From NCBI RefSeq assembly GCF_009914755.1, contig NC_060929.1: 64,000 nt of DNA; one strand, given 5' to 3'. The notes beneath the pieces were generated by a model, which saw only the letters and a list, made by a program, of their open reading frames with translations, ran no database searches and was not told where the DNA came from. A program made the translations under genes and the position numbers. This DNA is from the human T2T-CHM13v2.0 reference genome, Homo sapiens. Shown one piece after another: positions 1 to 14,160 of this stretch (position 1 is its first letter; each line of letters opens with the position of its first letter).

Positions 1-3438
<3,438 letters not shown>

Positions 3439-3477
3439 CTAAGATGCTTTATTACTTTTCCAAATATTTTTTATGAA

Positions 3478-3603
3478 TATCTCATTTAATCTGTACATTT
3501 ACTCTTTGAAAGATGTTTTTTCACCCTCTTTTTACAAATGAGGAAACTGGAACCCAAAAAGAATTAAATTAGGTGATTAAGAACACACCAGTGTTAGGTG
3601 GCA
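3478..3603. mobile_element. MIR fragment
   Basis: MIR core-like motif ctcatttaatc...ttttacaaatgaggaaactg. Confidence 0.55.
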
Positions 3604-3709
3604 TCATCATTACATTTTTCTACATCTTCCACTCTTTGGATTTTCTACTCCTGCTTCTTCCTTACTAATTCCCTTTTATAATTTGTACCCATGTTGCTCC
3701 ACTTGAGAA

Positions 3710-5480
3710 CAGATTTTGTATTAATTGATTTTTCTGTATTGCGTTTGTTTTTACTTTCATTGATTTTTGCTCCATTCTACATTCTTTAGATCTTCTTGAT
3801 TTGTGTTTTTTTCTGGTTTCTTAATGTGGAAGCTTAAATTACTGGTTTTAGACCTTTTCTAATAAAAGCATTTAATGCTATGCATTTATCTGTAAGCAGT
3901 ACTTTAGCTGCATCTCATAAATTTTGTTATGCTGTATTTTCTTTTCTTAGTTTAAAATGTTTTAAATTTCCTTTGAACCCTCTTTGATTCATGGTTTAAT
4001 TCGAAATGTGTTGCTTAATTTCCAGACCGTTAGGGGTTTTCCAGTATCTTTTTGCAATTTTTTTTATTTAATTCCTTTATGATCCATGAACATAAACTTT
4101 GTGATTTCTATTCTTTTCAATGTTGTACTATTTGTTATAGTCCAGAGTATAGCATATCTTGGTAAATATTTCATGTGCACTTGAAGACAACATATATTCT
4201 TTTGGGATATCTGTAAATGTTAAGTCAAATTGGTTGATGGTATTCAGATTATCCATATTTTTACTGTTTTTTTTTCTGCCTACTTTATTAAGAGGTACGT
4301 TGGAACCTCCATCTATGAATGTCAGTTTGCCTATTTGATCTTTCAGCTTTGTCACTTTTTGCCATATGCATTTTGAAACATGTATGTTAGATATGTAAAC
4401 TTTTAGGATTTATGTTCTTGGGGCGCTGATCCTTTATAATTATGTAATGGCCCTCCTTAACCCCGATAATATTTATTGTGCTGAAGTCTATCTTGTCTGA
4501 AATTTATATCACTGCTTTAGCTTTCTTTTGGTTAGTGTTTACATTCAATATCTTTCTCCATCATTTTACTTTTAACCTCCATATGTCTGTGTACTTAAGG
4601 TGATTTTTAAAAAATCAATAGCATATACTTGGATCATGCTTTTTATCCAATCTGATAATCTCTCTTTTAAGTGGTATGTTTAAGCCATTTCTATTCAATG
4701 TGATTATTGATGTGGTTGAATTAAAATCTACCAGTTAGCAGTTGTTTTCTATTTGCTTCATATCTTTTTTGCTTTGTTTTTCTTCTTTTTTGGTCTGTGA
4801 GTTAAATGAGCATCTTATCTCTTCTATTGACCTATTCATTACATGTACATATTTTATTATTGTTTTTTAGTGTTCACTCTACAGTTCATAATATACACCT
4901 TTAATTAACCAAAATCTGCTTTCACATAATTTTATGCTGTTTTATATGCAGTGTAATGATCTAAGAACAGTAAATGCCAATTACTTTATGCCTTCTATTG
5001 TGCCATTGTTGTTAAACATTTTACATATGCTATAAGTATATAATAGATTTTTCTATTTTTGCTTTGAACATTTGAACATTCAGTTCAGTTTTGACATAAT
5101 TAAACATAAAAATAAATCATTTTTATACTTTCACTTATTCAGTTTTGATTGCTCTTTATTTCCTTGTTTAAATCCAAGTTTTCTGCTGGTGTATTTGTTT
5201 TTCCTGAAGACTCTTAAAATATCTTGAAGAGTAGATCTGCTGGCAGTAAGTTTCTACAATTTTTTTGGCAAGGAAGTTTTTTGTTTGTCCTTTATTTTAA
5301 AAAATATTTTTACTAAGTATAGAATTCTGTGTTGATAGCTCTTGTCTTTCTGCACTTTGTCATCTAGCTTCTTTAATTTTGTAAAAGTCTGCCATAATTC
5401 TTATCTTTGGTCCTCTGTATATAATGCCCCATCTCATCCCACTCCAAATTGACTATAAGATGTTCACTCTGACTGGTTCA
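3710..5480 (-). mobile_element. Ancient L1M fragments (ORF2 endonuclease region and upstream)
   Basis: Minus ORF 4128-4355 resembles a degenerate L1 endonuclease (..DNLNTINQFDLT..EYMLSSSAHEIFTKI..). T-rich + strand is typical of antisense L1. Boundaries approximate. Confidence 0.65.
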
Positions 5481-6139
5481 GTGTGAATTTGCTATTTGTC
5501 CATCTTTTTTGTTTTTTGCTCTTTCTGGTTCTCTAACTCTCCAGATAGGAACCAGAAATTCACAAGTCTCAACATCTGAATTTTAGAAGAAAAGAAACCA
5601 GAAATCTAAATTTTGCATTAATTTTTATGATAAACTATAAGACTACCAAATTTTGGGTTATCTAGAGTGTAACCTTGAACTGTGTGTTCCCAGAGGATAC
5701 ATTATCATTCTCTCTGCCTTCAGGGGACTTGAATAGAAAAATTTGACATACACTGACTCTGGATGTCATGTTTTTAATCAATAAAATACTTCAATGAGAT
5801 CACCATTAAAGGTCCCTTCTCCAAGCTCTTAAGTTTTTCTCTTTTTTCTAAACCTCCATAAAGTTTTGCTTTTGAGAATCACTATTCTCAAAAAGTGATG
5901 GGATAATTCAAATGTAATAAATCAGAGCATACTTTAAAATATACTATGATAATTATATAAAAGTTTCTAATCATAACTACTTGAGTAAAATGAATAAAAG
6001 TTTGTGTAATGTTAAGATCTCTCAAATTGTTGGAAATTTTGCTATAACAGATTGGTAGCTAAATACTCATTCAGTCGATGTTTATGTGCAAATCAGCATG
6101 CTAGATGATTTAGGGCCATGATTTCCAAAATCATGGCCC

Positions 6140-6190
6140 TTTTATTTTTATTTTTTATTTTTTTTATTTTTATTTTTTATTTTTATTTTT
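6140..6190. repeat. (TTTTTA)n-like low-complexity tract
   Basis: tttatttttattttttattttttttatttttattttttatttttattttt. Confidence 0.85.
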
Positions 6191-6310
6191 CTCAGAACCT
6201 TTTGTTACAAATTTTACTCCACACTAAGTGTTGTATATTAAATAAATGAAAACAGCTACTGTGGGGATTGGGGCTGGCAGTTAAGAAGCCAAGTCATCCT
6301 TTGGTATCTT

Positions 6311-6622
<312 letters not shown>

Positions 6623-6859
6623 ATCCTTTGGTATCTTAAAAGCATTGCTAAGGACAGTACAAGAAAATATAAGAGATAATCTTAACCACAGAGTTTATTT
6701 CTAAAAGAGAATTTATACTTGTAACTAACTATAAGGTGTGTGTAAGAAAAAGATTTAAAAATACTCATTCTTATATTACATATTGATTTGTCTTTAAAAT
6801 TGAATTATTTATTAAATACAACCTATATTCAGTGCTTATAGTTTTCACTAAAGTATGTT

Positions 6860-7030
6860 AGATACAATCACATTTAATTTTTAATATTCGCAACTCTAGT
6901 GGAGGAGTTTTGATTGGGAGAGAATTACATCCCCATTGTATAAAGTAGGAAACTAGAGCTCATGGAGGTTAGTTTGTCCAGATTAACACAATCAGCAAGT
7001 TAACTAAACAAGAATGTAAATCCATGTCTT
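6860..7030. mobile_element. MIR fragment
   Basis: ccccattgtataaagtaggaaactagagctcatggaggttagtttgtcc resembles the MIR core. Confidence 0.5.
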
Positions 7031-7395
7031 CTTAAGGTTTCATTAACATAGCAGGGTTTTGATCTGGATTTCATTCTTATTCATTCTTCTGCATAATCTG
7101 ATTTTCCTCATTAATTATGACAAATACTGGATTTTCCTATGTTTACTTTTCTTCAGGATTGCTGTGGAATCCATGTAATGGGCTTACTCTTTTTGAATTT
7201 TTAAATATAGTATAACTTCAAAAACTGAATTCTTACCAATGACTTTTATTTGAGGTCCTGATTAGATTTAGATTTAGAATTACGTATTGTGAAAGGATGT
7301 TTGGAACAGATACTGCATAGTTTTTACTTTTCTTCCTCTCCATCGTTCCTAAGGAGGAATCATCAGTCCACTGGCATCATTAGTAGTTCATGGCA

Positions 7396-7555
7396 GTAAT
7401 TATGTGAGATGTGAGAAATTGTTGAATATTAGAGTTTCAAAGTGTTGAGAATATTGCGAATATTGAGAATATTGAGAATTATGTGAGAAATTGTTGTAAT
7501 TATGTGAGATGTGAGAAATTGTTGAATATTAGAGTCTCAAAGTGTTGAGAATATT
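7396..7555 (+). repeat. 60-bp direct repeat x2 (period 100) with 40-bp spacer
   Basis: 7396-7455 and 7496-7555 are identical except 7436 t / 7536 c. Confidence 0.92.
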
Positions 7556-7823
7556 TTTCAGGGAAAATCTGAAGATTAAAAAGTTCTTTGAACTGGATGA
7601 TGTTAAGGTTTTTTCCCAGCCTTAAGAAAAAAAGCACTCTGATGCTACATTTATGTAGACTCTCACTCATTTCTCTACAATTAATTGATGTTAGTCATAT
7701 TAAATTTTAAGGCATTTTATGGCTAGAAAAGCTGTCTTTGTCAGAAAAGCAACACCAAAGTTATGAGTGCAGTTTTGCAGTGAGTATTTTTATTCTATAT
7801 AATTCATTCATAAAGAGAAGAAA

Positions 7824-8123
7824 GGCTGGGCATGGCGGCTCACCCTGTAGTCCCAGTGCTTTGGGAGGCCAAGACAGATGGATCACTTGAGCCCCGGAGT
7901 TCAAGACTAGCCTGGGCAACTTGGTGAAACCCTATCTCTACAAAAACATCCAAAAAATAAGCTGGGCATGGTGACACACAGCTGTAGTCTCAACTACTCA
8001 GGAGGCTACACTGGGAGAACCACATGAGCCTGGAAGGTGGAGGTTGTAGTGAGCTGTGATCATGCCACTGCACTCCAGCATGGGCAAGAGTGAGACCCTG
8101 TCTCAGAGAAAAAAAAAAAAAAA
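7824..8123 (+). mobile_element. AluJ-class element
   Basis: Dimeric Alu with ggatcacttgagccc (J diagnostic), CpG-decayed, A-tail to 8123. Confidence 0.88.
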
Positions 8124-8296
8124 ATGAAAAATGTTATCCCTAAAATGGTTTTAAATGTGTGCTCAGGTCTTAGACAAAATAATGACACGTTGAACAGAAT
8201 AGTGCTAATTAAATCAAAATATGGCACAATATATTTGTTTTTATTTTTTGAGATGTCAAAATACAATAATTGGTTTTTTGCCATATATGTCCTTAG

Positions 8297-11200
8297 CATA
8301 CTGATTTCCTTTCCTTTGGATATATACCCATACCCAGTAATGGAATTGCTGAATCTTATGGTAGTTCTATTTTTCATTTTGTTTTAGAACCTCCATACTA
8401 TTCCTCATAATGGTGGTATTAATTTACATTGCCATCCAACAATGTATAAGAGTTCCCTTTTCTCCACATCCTCTCCATCACTTGTTATCTTTAGGCTTTT
8501 TTGTAGTAGCCATTCTTATGGGTTAGAGGTGATATCTCGTTACGGTTTTAATTTGCATTTCCCTAATGATTAGTGATATTGAACATTTTTTATATATCTG
8601 TTGGCCGTTTGAATGTGTCCTTTTGGGAAATGTCTGTTTAGGTCCTTTGCCTATTTTTAATTGGGTTGTTTACTTGCTAGTGAGTTTCCTTTTGTTTGTT
8701 TCTATGTTTTATTTGAGACAGGATCTCGCTCTGTCACCCACACTGGAGTGCAGTGGCAGGATCTCAGCTCACTGCCACCTCTACCTCCCGAGTTCAAGCG
8801 ATCCTCCCACCTCAGCCTCCCAAGGTGGGAGGTGCCAGCCTAGAGGCTGGTGTGCAAGTTCTGGTGTAGCAAGTGTAGCTGGGACTACAGTCATGCGCCA
8901 CCATGCCCGGCTAATTTGCTAGTGAGTTTCTTGGGTTCCTTTAATAAGATTGATATTAGACTCTTACCAGATGTATGGTTTGCATATATCTTATGTTTTC
9001 CTCTAGCAGTTTTACAGTTTCCAGCCTTACGTTTTGGCCTTTAATCCATTTTGAGTTGAGGTTTGTGTATGGTGTGACATAGTGGTCTAATTTTTTTTTC
9101 ATGTGGATATCCAGTTGTCCCAGTACTGTTTATTGAACAGACTGTCCTTTCCTTATTGTATGTTCTTGGCAGCTTTGATGAAAATCAGTTGGCCATAAAT
9201 GCGTGGATTTATTTCAGGTGTCTCTATTCTGTTCTTTTGGTCAGTATGATTAGTGTTTCTATGGTCATCAGTTGTAATATTTCCTCTTTCATTTCTCATT
9301 TTATTTATTTGAGTCTTCTCATTTTTGTAGTCTAGCTATATAGGTTTATAGTTTTATATCTTCAAAAACCAACTCTTGGTTTTGTTGATCTCCTCTTGTT
9401 TTTCTCACGTCTCTCTCATCTGTTTCTGCTCTAATCTTTATTTTCTTCTGCTCACTTTGGGTTTAGTTTGTTCTTATTTTTCTAATTCTTTGAGGTGTAA
9501 CTTGAAGTTATTTATTTGAGATCTCTTTTGATGTATGCATTTATTGCTATGAACTTCTCTCTTAGAACTGTTTTTGCTGTGTCCCATAAGTTTTGGTATG
9601 TTGTGTTTGCATTATCATTTGTCTCAAGATACTTTTTAATTTTCTCTTCAATTTCTTCTTTGACTTATTAGTTGTACAGGAGCATGATGTTTAATTTTCA
9701 TGGATGTGTGAATTTTTCAAAAATTCCTTCTGTTATTGATTTTTAGTTTAATATCATTGTGGTCAGAAAAGATACTTAATATGTCTTCTGTTTTCTTAAA
9801 TGTGTTAGGCCTAATTTTGTGGCCCAGCATATCATCTGTTTGGGAGAATGTTCCTTGTGTTCTTGAGAAGAAGTATTCTGTTGCTGTTGGATGAAATGTT
9901 CTGTAGATGTCTATTAGGTCTATACAGTCTAAGGTATACTATTAACCTGATGTTTCCTTATTGATTTTCTGCCTCGATGACCTGTGCATTGCTGAAAGTG
10001 GAGTATTGAAGTCCTCTATTATTATTGTATTACAATCTGTCTCTTCCTTCAGCTCCGTTAACATTTGCTTTATGTATTTGGGTCCTCTGATACTGGATGC
10101 TTATATATTTACAAGTGTTTTATCCGTCTGATGAATTGACCCCTTTATCTATATAGTGACTCTGGTCTCATTGTACAATTTTTGATTTTGTCTTTTTTAA
10201 CTGAGTATAGTTACTCCTACTGTCTTTTTATTTCCATTTGCATGGAATATCTTACTTCATTTCTTCGCTTTTAGTCTATGAGTCCTTACAGATAAAATAA
10301 GTCTCTTATAGGCAGCATATGGTTGGGTCTTATTTTTGTTTTTGTTTTTTGTTTTTTAAATTCATTCAGCCACTATGTGTTATGATTGGAGAATTTAATC
10401 TATTGACATTCAAGGTAATTATTTCTGCATATGGACTTACTACTGCCATTTTGCTAATTGTTTTCTGGCTGTTTTGTAGCTCCTTTGTTCCTTTCTTTCT
10501 CTCTTGCTGTGTTTCTCATTAAATGATTTTCCCTAGTGGCTACTTTGATCATATTTAAAAACTGTATACTTTTATTCCTCCTCCTCCTGCATTTAGGTGT
10601 TATAATTTACGTGTATATTCTTTAACAAACTGTTGTAGCTAACAATATTTTAATAGTTTTGTCTTCTGATCTTCATATTAAAGATACAAGTGATTTGCAC
10701 ACCCCCATTTAGAGTATTAGGAGATTCTAAATTTGACTATGTACTTTTAGCAGTGAGTTTTGTCATTTATTTTAGTGTTAAAATTAGTGTTCTTTTCTTT
10801 CAACTCAAAGAACTCCCTTTATCATTTCTTCTTGTAAGACAGGTCTGGTGGTAATGAGCTCTCTCAGCTTTTGTCTGGGAATGTTTTTATTTCTCTTCTT
10901 TTCTGAAAGACAACTTTGCCAAGTACAGTATTCTTCATTGGCATTTTTTTTCATCAACACTTTGAATATATCATCCCACTCTTTCCTGGCTTATAAGGTA
11001 GGCCTTTACTGAGAAATTTGCTGCTAGTCTTATTGGAACTCTCTTACATGTTATTTGCTTCTTTTCTCTTGCTACTTTCAAGATGCTGTCTTTGTCCTTG
11101 ATTTTTGACAGTTTGATTATGTGTCTAAGTGTAGTCTTCTTTGGATTGAATCTCACTGGAGACCTTTGACCTCCCTGTACCTGGGTATTTATGTCTTTCC

Positions 11201-13512
11201 TCAAATTTGAAATTTTTTCTGATATTATTTCTTTATGTAAGCATTCTGCCCCTTTGTTTTTCTCTTCCCCTTCACAAACTCCTGTAATTCAAACATTTGT
11301 TCTTTTGATGCTGTTCCATAAATCTCATAAATTTAATTCATTCCTTTTCATTCTTTTTTCTAATTTCTCTCTTCTGACTATATATTTTCACATAACCTAT
11401 TTTCATGTTCACAGATTCTTCTGTTTGATCAGTTCTGCTGTTGGTGTTCTCCATTAAATTTTTATTTCAGTGTATTTTTCACCTCTAGAATTTAAATTTT
11501 TCATATATGTAATTTTAGTCATTCTGTTAATTTTCTCATTTTGGTATTTTATTGTTTTCTTTATATTATTAATTTGTTTCTGAATGTATTTTGAAATTCC
11601 TTAAGCTTTCTGAAAATAATTATTTGAATATTTGAATTCTTTGTCATTCTGTTCTATATCTTCATTTATTAGGGGTCAGCTACTAGGATATTATCCCATT
11701 ATTTTTGTCGTGTTGTATCTCTTAGGTTTTTTCTGTCTCTTGTTGCCTTATGTTGATTTTTGCATATTTACAGAAGTAGGGACTTATTCTAGTGTTTGCA
11801 TACTTGCTTTGTCTGGGAGAACCGTTCTCCAGTCAGTGCATCCAGAGATTTTGGGCAGAGTGTCTGGCATGATTTGAGGGCAGGCTTGCTGCTGGAATCT
11901 TTGGGCATGCCGGCCTGGTGACCAGGTCACCATATGGGCTGGCCTGGCATCTGGGTTCATGTGATAGGGCCTGAAGACTGGATCAATAAAGGCTGGGCTG
12001 GAGACACAGTCTACACGGGTGGTCTTGGGGCCTCAGTCCATGGCATTCAGCCTGGCACTGGTGAATGCTGAGATGGACCTGGACCCTGGGTCTGCTGGAG
12101 TAGGCCTGGACTCTGGATCCTCTAGAGCCTGGTACCATGGGGGCTGGCTGGGTATCAAGGCCAGCATGGAGCCTAGGTCCACGGTGCTGGTCGAAACTTA
12201 ATATTGCTGGTGCTGACATGGTGTCTGGAGCCACTGGGACTGGTCTGGATCCTGGGGCCATGGGGAACAGCCTGGAGCCTCGGTCTGTTGGTGCCAGCCT
12301 AGAAGCTGGTGTGCAAGTGCTGTTTTAGAGGCTAGGTCCACAAAAGCTGGCCTGTATCCTACAGCCTCAGGGGCAGGCCCGGGACCTGTGTAGACAGGAG
12401 CGGTCCTGCACCCTGGGTCTGTGTTGGCTGGTCCAGTGGGAGTTTTCTGGGACAGACCTGGACCCTGGGTCTGCTGGAGAATGGAGCATCAGAGGCCAAC
12501 CTGGAGCGTGGGGCCTTGGGGACTCAGCCTGGCACTGGGCAGGTTTGGAGCCTGTCTCTGCACGTGCCTGCCTGGTGTTTGTGTCCAAGGGTGCCAACCT
12601 GGTCATGGAGCAGGTCTGAAACCCGGGGCCACAGGGGCAGACTTAGTGCTGCATAGGCCTGTATCCTCAGTCACAGGGCCTGGCCTGGTGCTTGGGTGGG
12701 CTTGAAGCCTAGAGTTGTAAGAACCACTTCGGTACTGGGGTCGGTATATATCCTGAAGCCACTGAGGCAGACCTGGACCCTGGGGTTTGTAGGATCCTGC
12801 CTGGTGCCAAGACAGGCTTGGAGGCTTAGTCTGAATGTACTATCCTGGAGCCTGGGACCTGACAGGTCTGACAGGGGCTGACCTAAATGCTGAGACCACA
12901 AGTGCTGACCTGATACTGGGCTGCCCTGAAGCCTAGGGCTGGCCCGAAGCCTGGGGCCATGGGGATCATCCTCAGCTGAGGGCGGTTCAGAACCTGGGGC
13001 CACTGATGTTGGCCTGTCTTGGGACAACCGAGAGACACAATTTGCTGTGTAGGCCTGGAGCCTGGGACTGCGGCATTCAACCTAGCACTAGGGTGGGCCT
13101 GGAGTCTCAGTCCTTGGTTACCAGCCTGGAGTCGGGGCCTGTGACGACCTTCTTGGTGCTGGTTTTACTGGAGTAGGTTGTGTTTTGGGTTCCCAGGCAA
13201 AGTATAGTGCTCACCTCTCCCTCCCATCACCACATGGAAAGTATTTCTCTCCATGGTTTACTGCCTGGGGTTGGGGAAGGGGTAACTTGAGTAGTATAAA
13301 ACTGTCCTTCCTACTCTCTTCAATGTGTTTTTGTTGTTGTTGTTGTTTTTCTTTTTTTCTAATTTCTGTGCTATACCTAGGTGCTGTAATCTCTCATCTG
13401 GTTTCGTTAGCTCTTGTAAAGGTATTTTTTTGTGTGTAGATAGTCATTCAAATTGATGTTTCTGTGCAGGTATGAGCCCTAGAGAGTCCTGTTCTGCCAT
13501 CTTGCTGACATC
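8297..13512 (-). mobile_element. Old L1M(A/B-class) element with 5'UTR, ORF1 and partial ORF2 (internal deletion near 9250)
   Basis: ORF2 C-terminal region 8297-9245; EN/linker region ~9260-10560; ORF1p-like minus ORF 10971-11204 (RHIIKLSKIKDKDSILKVAREKKQIT..PIRLAANFS). GC-rich repetitive 5'UTR ~11800-13500 ending at gccatcttg (caagatggc, YY1-type L1 5' end). Confidence 0.8.
8689..8915 (-). mobile_element. Alu right monomer (FRAM/AluJ-like) carrying a 51-bp foreign insert
   Basis: gagacaggatctcgctctgtcaccca...gctgggactacag...cccggctaat. 15-bp TSD ttgctagtgagtttc at 8674-8688 and 8916-8930. Confidence 0.88.
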
Positions 13513-13519
13513 TATCCCT

Positions 13520-14160
13520 ATGAACATTGTTACACATTTCTTTTAGGGCACATACCTGAAAGTGGAGTTACTTGGTTATGGAATATGGCATATTTCAGAA
13601 ACTAGGACCAAAAATAAAATATTATAATAAAATATGTTCCTTTCACCTTTATTTTCTTATTGCTTATGAAATAACGTGAGTTTTGGGAGCTCTGGCTAGG
13701 AACCAAGATAAAGACCAAATATATATTTCTTATTCTATAATAGTATCACACATACGTTCAATTTAGGAGATATGCTGGTTTTCCAAAGTAGATGCACTAA
13801 TGTATACTCCCACCTTCAGTATATGAGAGTTCTAGTTAAAGTTGTATTGCTAGTCTTTTTCATTTTAGACATCCTAGTGCGTGTATAATACCTAAATTTA
13901 ATTTGCATTTTTCCATTGACATGTCATCATTTTGTTTGGTCATTTGCATATCCACTTTTATGTAGCGCCTGGTTTTATCTTTTTTTAAATATTTAATTGG
14001 TTTGTTTTCTTAATGATTTATACGAGTTCTTTAGATATTTTGGAGTGAGCTCTTTGTCAGGTTGGAAATAGCTGCCTTTGTTATTTGGCTTCCTTTTACT
14101 TTGTTAATAGTGTCTTTGATGGATACAATTTCCTCATTTTAATTAGTCTCTTCCATTATG
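13520..14160 (-). mobile_element. Ancient L1M 3' ORF2 fragments
   Basis: Degenerate matches to antisense L1 ORF2 end (tatactcccacc..gtatatgagagttc..; tttaatttgcattt..). Confidence 0.5.

Noticed and set aside
5522-5558. 10-bp inverted repeat tttctggttc / gaaccagaaa
   Set aside because: Short, 17-nt loop; plausible by chance in 64 kb.
6112-6150. Hairpin followed by T-run as an intrinsic (rho-independent) terminator
   Set aside because: Eukaryotic intron context; no Pol III gene or bacterial sequence upstream.
11983-13080. Cluster of overlapping short ORFs as coding genes
   Set aside because: By-product of the GC-rich, stop-poor L1M 5'UTR; the same applies to 57788-59046.
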